This document shows, one piece after another, positions 29,545 through 37,575 of a stretch of DNA of 64,000 nucleotides. The position numbers and the translations under genes were made by a program. The DNA lies in contig SKQO01000036.1 of the NCBI GenBank assembly GCA_007118975.1, positions 28,413 through 92,412 on the forward strand, in the 5' to 3' direction. Source of the stretch: Halobacteriales archaeon. Lineage in GTDB: Archaea > Halobacteriota > Halobacteria > Halobacteriales > SKNY01. Every line of letters begins with the position of its first letter. The stretch's first letter is position 1. The notes beneath the pieces are model-generated. The model saw only the letters and a program-made list of their open reading frames with translations, was not told where the DNA came from and made no database searches.

Positions 29545-29730
29545 TTACGTGGCGATTTGGAGAGTGACAATCAGTGCAACACCGGTCAGAATTGCGGTCG
29601 CGAATCCCCATGCCCCCAGTACTTCTCCGGGAGCGATCAGCATCGCAACGGCCCCTGCGGCCGCCAGTGCACCGAGAGTAATCGAAAGCCCGAGGCGTTT
29701 GTCGGTACCCTGTCTGGCGGCACCTGCCAT
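29545..29730 (-). CDS. small membrane protein (61 aa)
   Basis: Two hydrophobic segments (LGLSITLGALAAAGAVAMLIA / AWGFATAILTGVALIVTL). No other frame is plausible here except the antisense shadow. Confidence 0.5.
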   Translation of the reverse strand: MAGAARQGTDKRLGLSITLGALAAAGAVAMLIAPGEVLGAWGFATAILTGVALIVTLQIAT

Positions 29731-29785
29731 ATCGAAAACCGGCCCGGCTCCCCTAATAGGTCCTTCTACTTCAGACGGGCTCGTC

Positions 29786-30817
29786 TCACGAGATCGTCAC
29801 GTACTCCGAATCGCTATCGAGAGCGAGGTTCGCCGCGATCTCCGCATTTCGCATCGCGTACTGGGCTGTCTGCTGAAGGCTCACCAGCACTTCCCGTACC
29901 TCGAGGAGTTCGTCGTTTCCCATTTCCGGCAGGTCCGCCAGGATCTCACGTTCCGTATCGACGATCTCGTGGAACTGCGAGCGAACCTCGATCGTCTTGT
30001 CGTAATCTCGATCGACCGCTGCTTCGACTGCCAACCCAGTCATCTCATCGACCGCATCCGTAAATGCACGGATTCGGCGCATCGTTCCGTCGTTGACAGA
30101 AAGCGTGTGACCTTCAGTGCGGAGAACGGTCTCGGCGATGTCTTCGGCGTTGTCGGCGGTGAGCTCGAGGTTCTTTGCGATTGACCGATATCCCACGAGC
30201 GGGAACCCCTCCGTAAGACCGACTGCCCGCGCCTGATTCGGGTCCTGGAACGCCGTGAAGATGAGCCGCAACAGGAGGACGAAAATCTTGTTCGCCTGTC
30301 GCTCGCGGTTAAGCGCCCGCTCTGCAAGATCGGGGTCTCCCCGCGCCAATGACTTGATGGCTTCCTGGCGCATCGTCCGCCCCGTGGATTCGAGGCGTTC
30401 GAGCAAGTTTTCGAGGGTGAAATCCTCCGAATCGACAGAACACCGGATCGCGATCCGCTCGGGAGTCTCCTCGATCACTCCGAGTCCCATCAGCTGATTC
30501 TCGGCCTGGTACACGGCGTTGATGTGCGCGCTTTTGAGCACGCCCGTTTCCTGCTTGACGTGAATAATGCGTCGGCCCAGTACGTACTGGGCGACGATTG
30601 CCCGCTCCAGCGAACGTGCATCGAGTTCATCGGGGTGGATCGTCGCCTCGGTCTCCTGGGAACTGGCGCGCTGGGACATGACCATCAGCGTCCCCTTGCT
30701 TCCCCGCCGAATACTCACCTCGTCACCCTTCTCGACTCCGTGTTCGCTCGCCCAGTCCGCGGGCAAGGTCATCGCCAGCGTCGAGGGGCCGAGTCGCTGC
30801 ACCTTACGGGTATCCAT
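29786..30817 (-). CDS. phoU: phosphate uptake regulator PhoU with N-terminal AbrB/SpoVT-like domain
   Basis: MDTRKVQRLGPSTLAMTLPADWASEHGVEKGDEV (AbrB-like swapped hairpin), then two PhoU repeats (RERQANKIFVLLLR..., YAMRNAEIAANLA). ATG 30817 is preferred because a TATA box lies about 23 nt upstream. Confidence 0.85.
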   Translation of the reverse strand: MDTRKVQRLGPSTLAMTLPADWASEHGVEKGDEVSIRRGSKGTLMVMSQRASSQETEATIHPDELDARSLERAIVAQYVLGRRIIHVKQETGVLKSAHINAVYQAENQLMGLGVIEETPERIAIRCSVDSEDFTLENLLERLESTGRTMRQEAIKSLARGDPDLAERALNRERQANKIFVLLLRLIFTAFQDPNQARAVGLTEGFPLVGYRSIAKNLELTADNAEDIAETVLRTEGHTLSVNDGTMRRIRAFTDAVDEMTGLAVEAAVDRDYDKTIEVRSQFHEIVDTEREILADLPEMGNDELLEVREVLVSLQQTAQYAMRNAEIAANLALDSDSEYVTIS

Positions 30818-30839
30818 GTGGATAGGTACGACCATATTA

Positions 30840-30846
30840 CCTTAAA
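30840..30846 (-). promoter_or_regulatory. TATA box candidate (TTTAAGG on minus strand) for phoU
   Basis: Plus strand ccttaaa at 30840-30846, within a markedly AT-rich stretch (30836-30895). It lies 23 nt upstream of ATG 30817, implying a leaderless mRNA. Confidence 0.45.
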
Positions 30847-30944
30847 TGCATCACCTTACCATATTATCTAACAATAATAATACATGTATGCCCGCGGTTG
30901 GGAGTCATCGGAGAATTACCTCGCGATGATCAAGAGACCCCGAC

Positions 30945-32015
30945 CTAGCAGTCGATCCGCATCATTCGGCGTTCGAACCGACCGACCCGCACCTTCACCC
31001 ACCCGCTGAGTTCTTCGTCGAGCGTCCGATCACCGGTATCGACGCGGAGCACACCCAGGTCATCGGCTTTGGCCGGCGACGCCACGATCCAAAGATCCGA
31101 GGCGCGGATCACCTCGGGCGAAAACTGCTGGTTACCCCGCCCGAAGACGAATCCCTGGCCGCCGATCGGCGAGACGACAATAACGGGTTCGTCGTCGAGT
31201 ACCTCGAGTAACGCATCCTCCGCTGCATCCCGTACGATTACCTCCCCGTCCCGCCAAACGTCGATTCCCAGCGGTGTGCCGTCGAACCCGAGTGCGGCTT
31301 TGATCGACCCGACGGTGCCACCGGGGCCGAGCAGATACGTTGTATCCGGGGAGATGTCCTCTACGACGCCTTCGATAAGCCCCTCGATCGATCCGCTAGC
31401 GAGTTGCTTGCTGGTCTGTACCCCCTCGTGCACCGGGACGTCAACAACGGCTCTGACAGTCGACCGCACCTCGCCTTCGCGGTAGGCTTCCTCGTCGATG
31501 TCCGCCACCTCGCGTGCTTCGGTGCGATCGAACGTCGCCGCGATCTCACCCGCGGCTTCCGGGGTCACCGCAAAGACAGCCGAAAAAATTTTTACCCCCG
31601 CCGGGACCCCGAGCATCGGGACCTCGGCGCCGCCATCAGTAATCGCCTCCGCGACATCGACCGCAGTGCCATCTCCCCCGACAAACAGGATCACGTCCAC
31701 GTCTGCTGCGATGAAGGAGCTGACGGCGGCCGCCGTATCAGTCGCGGATGTCTCGTCGGTGTCCGGCTCGCCGAGAACAGTTCCTGCAATCTCGGCCGCA
31801 TCGAGGAGCCCGGCGCCCATCTCCCCACCCCACGTCAACAGCTCGACGGTCTCGCCGGTGTCCTCGATCGCCTCCAGCGCCCGCAACCCCCGATCGGGGG
31901 CCCGCGGTTCAGCACCTCGCTCCCGTGCTTCCGCCACCATCCCGTCGGTTCCTTTGAGCCCGACTCGGCCGCCCATACCCGCGATCGGGTTGACCACAAA
32001 TCCGATTCGACGCAT
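30945..32015 (-). CDS. ATP-NAD kinase family protein (predicted polyphosphate/ATP-NAD kinase-like)
   Basis: MRRIGFVVNPIAGMGGRVGLKGTDG..., FVGGDGT diacylglycerol/NAD-kinase motif, 356 aa. Confidence 0.8.
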   Translation of the reverse strand: MRRIGFVVNPIAGMGGRVGLKGTDGMVAEARERGAEPRAPDRGLRALEAIEDTGETVELLTWGGEMGAGLLDAAEIAGTVLGEPDTDETSATDTAAAVSSFIAADVDVILFVGGDGTAVDVAEAITDGGAEVPMLGVPAGVKIFSAVFAVTPEAAGEIAATFDRTEAREVADIDEEAYREGEVRSTVRAVVDVPVHEGVQTSKQLASGSIEGLIEGVVEDISPDTTYLLGPGGTVGSIKAALGFDGTPLGIDVWRDGEVIVRDAAEDALLEVLDDEPVIVVSPIGGQGFVFGRGNQQFSPEVIRASDLWIVASPAKADDLGVLRVDTGDRTLDEELSGWVKVRVGRFERRMMRIDC

Positions 32016-32154
32016 CTAGTCGATCACAGCGGGCCGGGCGGAATAAAATCGCCCATGCTTAAGCGCAGACGGGGCGAACGGTCATCCAATGTTCGTGCCA
32101 GCTGTCCACCACACCGGCGCAGGGGCGGAGCTGTCTGCGGCAGTCGTGCTGGCG

Positions 32155-32895
32155 CTAAGCCTCTTCGTCACCGCTCTCTGGTTGTACGTGTTCTTCCGCT
32201 GATGCTCGATCCGCGATCTCGGACCGCGAACGCAGCCACCCTGCGGCGGTTTCGATCTCCTCGGGATCCTCGCCGATCAGCCGGACGACGACTATCTCGC
32301 CCGGATAGCTCCCGACGGATACGTCAAACTCCGTGCGGAGTTCCTCGAGTCGTGGTACCAGCCGGCTTTCGGGCTCGTCGATCGGGATTTTCGCGCGATA
32401 CCGCTGGTCGCCACTGAACTCGTTGGCAATGGATCGGTACATCGCCTTCATCTCGTCAGGGACCCCGGGCAGGACATACACGTTCTCGATTCTCGCTCCA
32501 GGAGCGACGCCCACCTCATTGTGGAGCGGTTCGGCACCCTCAGGTAAATCGGCTGTCCCCGCCGTGAGACGCTCCAGATCGTATCCTCGCTCCTCGACGA
32601 TCCACTCGAGGGCGATTCGGTTTTCCGTCATTGGCCGGTCGAAGGCGGCGGCGACCGCTTCCATCGTGATGTCGTCGTGAGTCGGCCCGAGACCCCCGGT
32701 CACGATCACTGCATCCCACGCCTCGGCTGCCCGCCTGACGGCTCGAATGATAGCGTCCTCCTCGTCGGGGACGACCAGCACACGAACGACATCGGCTCCC
32801 GTCGTCGTGAGCTCACGACCGAGCCATGCCGCGTTCGTGTTGACCGTTTCACCCTGCAGCAACTCGTCTCCCACTGTCACGAGCGCGACGTTCAT
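32155..32895 (-). CDS. CinA N-terminal-like molybdopterin-binding (MoCF/COG1058) domain protein
   Basis: MNVALVTVGDELLQGETVNTNAAWLGREL...VIVTGGLGPTHDDIT...VLPGVPDEM is the typical CinA/COG1058 pattern. No PncC (NMN deamidase) domain is attached. Confidence 0.8.
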   Translation of the reverse strand: MNVALVTVGDELLQGETVNTNAAWLGRELTTTGADVVRVLVVPDEEDAIIRAVRRAAEAWDAVIVTGGLGPTHDDITMEAVAAAFDRPMTENRIALEWIVEERGYDLERLTAGTADLPEGAEPLHNEVGVAPGARIENVYVLPGVPDEMKAMYRSIANEFSGDQRYRAKIPIDEPESRLVPRLEELRTEFDVSVGSYPGEIVVVRLIGEDPEEIETAAGWLRSRSEIADRASAEEHVQPESGDEEA

Positions 32896-32944
32896 CACCT
32901 GTGGATCTGCCGCGAAGGAGATAAGCCTACGGCATCGTGGTGTA

Positions 32945-33700
32945 TCAACGCATGCCTGGCGGTGGCTTCCGCCCCTCATCGTCGTCGATGTCGAGATCTA
33001 GCCCCATTTCCTCACGCTTTACCCGGAGTTCCTTGATCTGATGCCAGACGTACCCGATCCCGACGGCGCCCGCGATGCTCGCGATCACGATCAACCCGGC
33101 GAAGAGGTACAGGTCACGCTGGAGGTAGTAGTTCACCGTGACCGACCGGCTCGTGACCGAATCCCAATGAATGTGCACCCGGTCGTCCTCCATCGTCGTC
33201 TCGTAGCCCCGGGGACGGACTGTCGCGAGAACAAAATTATCGACACGGTGGTCTTCCGGCAATGCCACTTCGTAGGACCCCTCCACGAACGTCGTCAGGG
33301 TAAACTGCTTCGAGCGTTTCGATCCCGTGAACGCGAACTGCCCCTGATCGGCGGGGAAGTCGACCGTCACCCGATTCCGTGACTCGGAAACGCCGATGTC
33401 GCTGGCGTTGACGACGGTCCCGTTTTCGTGACGAAACTTGACCCCCTCGATACCGAGTGGACGGTCGCTCCCGTACCGGGTTCGCTGGTAGATCGCCATC
33501 GATGACCGATTCTCGATGTCGTAGACGGCCGTGTACTCGCTCGAGCCGAGGTCGATCGTCACGTCAGCCTCGGTGTCCCAGTCGTACTCGGCCTCCTTGA
33601 AGAGACCTTCCTCCGACGTCGCGTCGCCGAAACCGGTACAGCCGGCTAAAAACACCAGCAATAGGACTGCACCGAGGGACAAGTGACGGCGCTGCGACAT
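32945..33700 (-). CDS. haloarchaeal lipoprotein with C-terminal membrane anchor (DUF5803-like)
   Basis: Signal peptide plus lipobox (LLLVFLAGCTG), a beta-rich ectodomain, a C-terminal TM helix (LFAGLIVIASIAGAVGIGYVW) and an acidic tail. Confidence 0.7.
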   Translation of the reverse strand: MSQRRHLSLGAVLLLVFLAGCTGFGDATSEEGLFKEAEYDWDTEADVTIDLGSSEYTAVYDIENRSSMAIYQRTRYGSDRPLGIEGVKFRHENGTVVNASDIGVSESRNRVTVDFPADQGQFAFTGSKRSKQFTLTTFVEGSYEVALPEDHRVDNFVLATVRPRGYETTMEDDRVHIHWDSVTSRSVTVNYYLQRDLYLFAGLIVIASIAGAVGIGYVWHQIKELRVKREEMGLDLDIDDDEGRKPPPGMR

Positions 33701-33781
33701 CAGTTGGCGGTCATCCTAGGCCGACCGGTAGTAAAGCTCCCTCGGAACTGTTTGCGACAGCCGGGGTCGGAAGTCACGGGG

Positions 33782-34450
33782 TCACCCCGTCACGATACAG
33801 CGCATTTGGCCCGGCAAACGCGGACCGAGCGCGGCGAGGAGGCCCGGACCGTCCGTTTCCGGCGCACACACGATCTGTTGTTCCAGCAACCCGAGTCGGT
33901 CGATACCGAGAATATCACGGGCGTGACCCGATCGATCCACGCCCCGTTTTGCCTCCGCCCGGGTGACGCTGTTTACCGTGACCCGATCGGTGCCTCGCTG
34001 CCACTCGAAGAGTTGATCCCGCTCGTCGTCCGCCAGCCGGGGCGGGTCTCCCCACGTAAACGCCAACCGCTGGTGTTGGACGATCCCGAACCGTTCGACG
34101 ATCTGGGTGGCGTCACCGGGACCGAGTCCCAACTCCGCGACGGGGATCCGGACTTCCCGTCCTGCGTCCAGGGTCCACCCATCGGTGTCCCACGCTTCCA
34201 GCGTCCCAATGTACGTCTCACCTTCGACGAGATCGGGAACGATCGCACCCCACTCTGTTTCCAACACACTCCTGGCGACGGTTGCGTCGGGTCCCTCGAC
34301 GGTAACACTCGGGAAATCGTCGTGGCGCAATCCCACGTCCGTCGTCACCGCGAGTTCACCCAGCTGATTCGCAACGATACTCCCGAGCGAATCCATTGCG
34401 CGCCGTCTGGCTTCGCCCTGGACGTAGACCTTGGTGGCCAGAACGACCAT
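33782..34450 (-). CDS. DUF2110-like conserved archaeal protein
   Basis: 222 aa from MVVLATKVYVQGEARRRAMDSL.... The start ATG overlaps the tfe stop (TGATG arrangement at 34448-34452). The tfe-DUF2110 pairing is a familiar arrangement in haloarchaea (from memory). Confidence 0.65.
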   Translation of the reverse strand: MVVLATKVYVQGEARRRAMDSLGSIVANQLGELAVTTDVGLRHDDFPSVTVEGPDATVARSVLETEWGAIVPDLVEGETYIGTLEAWDTDGWTLDAGREVRIPVAELGLGPGDATQIVERFGIVQHQRLAFTWGDPPRLADDERDQLFEWQRGTDRVTVNSVTRAEAKRGVDRSGHARDILGIDRLGLLEQQIVCAPETDGPGLLAALGPRLPGQMRCIVTG

Positions 34451-34968
34451 CAGGGATTCACGTTTAGTTCGGCCTGGAGCTCGTCGATACGGGTAATCAT
34501 CGCCTCGACGAGGTGGTCGTTTTCCATGGAGGAAAGCGGCGAGCCGCATTCGGGGCATTCGAACCCACAGTCCATCGCCTCACTGAACTCGAACCGTATC
34601 GAACAGATATCACAGAGGTAAAACTCGTGGAGTCGCTCGTACTCTTCCCGTTCCTCCAGGGCGTCGAGGAGCCGATACATTTCCTCTTGAAGGTTCTCGG
34701 GGATCTTCTCGTATTCGAACGTCCAGAGGTAGGTGAGCCACCCGGAGTCCTCGTCACGGAGCCGTCGATAGCTGGCGAGATCGTTCTCGTAGAGGATAAA
34801 GAGCGCTCGCCGAACGTCGTTGAGTTCGAGACCGAGCTCCTGGGCCAGTTCCTCGTCGGTTACCTCGCCGTCCGGGGGTGCAGCGGCCACCGGCATTCCC
34901 GTCGGCCCGACGAGTTCGTGAAGATATTTCTGGATCACCGGGTCTTCCAGGAGGTCCTCAAAAGCCAT
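34450..34968 (-). CDS. tfe: transcription factor E (TFE alpha)
   Basis: Winged-helix N-domain (VTDEELAQELGLELNDVRRALFILYENDLASYRRLRDEDSGWLTYLW) and zinc ribbon (CDIC...CPECG). Confidence 0.9.
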   Translation of the reverse strand: MAFEDLLEDPVIQKYLHELVGPTGMPVAAAPPDGEVTDEELAQELGLELNDVRRALFILYENDLASYRRLRDEDSGWLTYLWTFEYEKIPENLQEEMYRLLDALEEREEYERLHEFYLCDICSIRFEFSEAMDCGFECPECGSPLSSMENDHLVEAMITRIDELQAELNVNP

Positions 34969-35024
34969 TACTTGACATGCGGCCTGTTCAGTGCATAAAA
35001 CCTGCGGAGCCGCTCACCGGTTTG

Positions 35025-35570
35025 TTACCCCTCGTCTTCCCGCTCGATTCGTTCGAGGCACTTTCCCAACTCCCGCGGTCGAACACGGTGGGTCCCCCCG
35101 GCAAACGAGGGGGCGAGCGAAGCCGGACCGCCGATTTCGCGGAGACAGACAGCCAGGCTGGCCACCTCCGAGTGGGGCTGATTCGTCACCGCCACGTTCC
35201 AGTCGGCTGCCTCGTAGATGTCGAAGGATACCTTCCCGGCGCCGACGATGATCGCGAGATCGTCCCGGGCGGCGCGGACCTCGTCGACCCGCTTTTGAAT
35301 CGGGATGCCGTACATCGTGAGGTGAAGCAGATCGCCCGTCCAACCACGAACAAATTGGCCGAACGTGTCCCGACGTTCGGTCTCGTATGGCCCACCGAAC
35401 CGCCTCGTCACGTCGTCGATCCGCTCGAGGGGCGCATCGTGGTCACCGATCAGGACGAACCGGTCGGCTCCGAGTGCCCGGCCCGTCAGTCCGACGTGGG
35501 TCGTCATCCGATCGTCCCGTCCCGGGCGGTGCCCGAGCCTGACCACGACGAGCTCGCCCGTAGGCTCCAT
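35025..35570 (-). CDS. trm56: tRNA (cytidine56-2'-O)-methyltransferase (aTrm56, SPOUT)
   Basis: From the ATG (complement of 35568-35570): LVVVRLGHRPGRDDRMTTHVGLTGRALGADRFVL...HLTMYG...IIVGAGKV...ADWNVAVTNQPHSEVASLAV. Confidence 0.85.
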   Translation of the reverse strand: MEPTGELVVVRLGHRPGRDDRMTTHVGLTGRALGADRFVLIGDHDAPLERIDDVTRRFGGPYETERRDTFGQFVRGWTGDLLHLTMYGIPIQKRVDEVRAARDDLAIIVGAGKVSFDIYEAADWNVAVTNQPHSEVASLAVCLREIGGPASLAPSFAGGTHRVRPRELGKCLERIEREDEG

Positions 35571-35658
35571 AAACGTGACTCGAGGAGCGACGCGTTTATC
35601 GTTTCGTGATTGCCTGGAGCCACCAGTGTCAGCGACGGCGATTCTGCACTCCGCGCGG

Positions 35659-36456
35659 ATGGGCCGTCCCGACACCGCTAAGCGCGTCGCTCCTCGATTG
35701 TCGGGCGTGCAAATCGTCGAGTACGATTCCACGCCCGATCCCGCGATCTATCTCGCCGACGACGGGACGGTCAGCCGGCGCCCGCTCGCCGTGGGCGATG
35801 AACTCGCGTTATCGCTCGGCGAGCGCCGCTGTGCGGGAAGGGTCCTCGGCGATCGGCATCGTCGCTGTGATGCGGCGGAAACGCCGCGCTGTCAAACGCA
35901 TACAGACACCTGGGTATGTGCACGGTGTCGAGGCGACTGTCTCAAAGACGAGATGGACTGTCACGTCTCCCACGACGTCTATTTGGCGGCATTTGCACCG
36001 GATACAATCAAGGTCGGTGTCACCCGAACGGGGCGGTTGAACCGTCGCCTTCGCGAACAGGGGGCCGATCGCGGGGTGCGGATCCATCGGGTGAAAAACG
36101 GTCGGATCGCCCGGGAAATCGAGGCTGAGATTGCGGAGGACATCCCGGATCGGGTGGGTGTGAGCCCGAAAATCCGGAGTCTGACCGCCAGGGTCGATCG
36201 GGAGACCTGGGTGGACCATATTGAACAGTTCAGTCCCGCGGAACATCTCGTGCTCACCTACCCGGTTTCCCTCGAAGAGCCGCCGATCGCGGAGACACTC
36301 GCTCGGGGAGAAATCGTCGGCGTGAAGGGTCGACTGGTGTGTCTTCGCTGGTCCGGATCGACGTTCGTCACCGATTTACAGGATCTCGTGGGCCATCACA
36401 TTCAGGAGAACACAACACCGCGAGCGGTGCAATCTGGCCTGGGGGCGTTCTCCTAG
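35659..36456 (+). CDS. DUF2797-like Cys-rich conserved protein
   Basis: ..RRCAGR...RCDAAETPRCQTHTDTWVCARCRGDC...YLAAFAPDTIKVGVTR.... The start is uncertain (ATG 35659, or GTG 35707 giving VQIVEYDS..). The upstream half of the 363-aa track ORF is an antisense shadow of trm56. Confidence 0.65.
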   Translation: MGRPDTAKRVAPRLSGVQIVEYDSTPDPAIYLADDGTVSRRPLAVGDELALSLGERRCAGRVLGDRHRRCDAAETPRCQTHTDTWVCARCRGDCLKDEMDCHVSHDVYLAAFAPDTIKVGVTRTGRLNRRLREQGADRGVRIHRVKNGRIAREIEAEIAEDIPDRVGVSPKIRSLTARVDRETWVDHIEQFSPAEHLVLTYPVSLEEPPIAETLARGEIVGVKGRLVCLRWSGSTFVTDLQDLVGHHIQENTTPRAVQSGLGAFS

Positions 36457-36511
36457 CGGGCAGTTCTCGAACCCAACCCTTTTTCGAGCCACGGCCGAAA
36501 TCTCCGGTGCC

Positions 36512-36847
36512 ATGAGCGAAGATCCAGCGGAGGACGACGAGGAGGAGCAGTCGTTCCGGGAACGCGTCGAAGAGATCAGACAGCAACGAGCCGAAGAGGG
36601 CGACCCCGAGGGTGCCGATCCGATGGGTGGCGGTGGGCCTGGGGGAATGGGCGGTGGTGGCATGGGCGGCAACCCGTTCGCCCAGATGATGGGCGGCATG
36701 ATGGGTGGCGGTGGCGGCCCCGGCGGCATGGGTGGTGGCGACCTCGACACCGAGGCCGTCAACCGTCAGCTCGGTCGACTCCGCGAAGAACTCCAGACGA
36801 CGAACGAGCAACTCGAACGGATCGCCGACGCGCTCGAAAACGAGTAG
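36512..36847 (+). CDS. acidic protein with central Gly/Met-rich low-complexity segment and C-terminal coiled-coil-like tail
   Basis: MSEDPAEDDEEEQSFRERVEEIRQQRAEEGDPEGADPMGGGGPGGMGGGGMGGNPFAQMMGGMMGGGGGPGGMGGGDLDTEAVNRQLGRLREELQTTNEQLERIADALENE. Clean ATG and strong codon bias. The opposite-strand ORFs are Pro/Ala shadows. Confidence 0.7.
   Translation: MSEDPAEDDEEEQSFRERVEEIRQQRAEEGDPEGADPMGGGGPGGMGGGGMGGNPFAQMMGGMMGGGGGPGGMGGGDLDTEAVNRQLGRLREELQTTNEQLERIADALENE
36623..36739 (+). repeat. imperfect ATG-GGY-GGY codon repeat encoding the (G)nM tract
   Basis: Read directly: atgggtggcggtgggcctgggggaatgggcggtggtggcatgggcggc...atgatgggcggcatgatgggtggcggtggcggccccggcggcatgggtggtggc. Confidence 0.8.
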
Positions 36848-36954
36848 CGTCGACCACGCTCGAGCGACTCGCGTGATGCGCCGATCCGGATGAGAGCCAC
36901 GTTTCTCGATCTGTTGGCCCCGGAACATACAGCGCCCGACCGCCTGGTGCTCTC

Positions 36955-37575
36955 ATGACGAGCAAACGCTCGTTGGCCCGTTCGCTCTCAGCCGTCGCCG
37001 GGTTCGAGCACGCGAGGGTCGACCTCGAGCAGTACGCAACCCCACCCGAAACTGCAGCTGACATTGTTCATCTGGCAGACCTTCGCGGCGATATCGACCA
37101 GCGATTCGTGTTCGATCTCGGCTGTGGCACCGGCAGACTCGGCATCGCCGCGGCCCTGCGAAATGCCGCTCGGGTTTGCGGGATCGACGTGGATCGGGCG
37201 GCGCTTGGTATCGCGGCGGCCAATGCGGAGCGGCTTTCCGTGGCGGATGTGCTGGCGCTGATTCAAGGGGACGTTCTCACCCCACCGGTAACCGCCCCTG
37301 ACGAGGCTACCGTGCTCATGAACCCGCCCTTCGGCGCCCAGCACGGCAACCGACATGCAGACCGTGCCTTCCTTGCAATCGCCGCCTCCCTCGGATCGGT
37401 CAGCTACTCGGTGCACAATGAGGGGAGTCGCGACTTCGTCGAGGCGTTCACGGCCGATCGTGGTGGTAACATTACCGACGCGTTTCTGGCAACGATGCCG
37501 CTGCCGGCTCAGTTCGGGTTTCATTCCGCGGATGAGCGGCTGATCGAGGCAGAGGTGTTTCGGATCCAGTGGTGA
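36955..37575 (+). CDS. METTL5-like class I SAM-dependent (RNA) methyltransferase
   Basis: LEQYATPPETAA..., motif I DLGCGTGRLG, motif IV NPPFG. 206 aa. Confidence 0.8.
   Translation: MTSKRSLARSLSAVAGFEHARVDLEQYATPPETAADIVHLADLRGDIDQRFVFDLGCGTGRLGIAAALRNAARVCGIDVDRAALGIAAANAERLSVADVLALIQGDVLTPPVTAPDEATVLMNPPFGAQHGNRHADRAFLAIAASLGSVSYSVHNEGSRDFVEAFTADRGGNITDAFLATMPLPAQFGFHSADERLIEAEVFRIQW

Noticed and set aside
36623-36739. Short tandem nucleotide repeats checked as a possible CRISPR-like or satellite array
   Set aside because: The periodicity is codon-level (ATG-GGY-GGY) inside a well-supported ORF. There is no repeat-spacer organisation, and no cas genes lie anywhere in the window.
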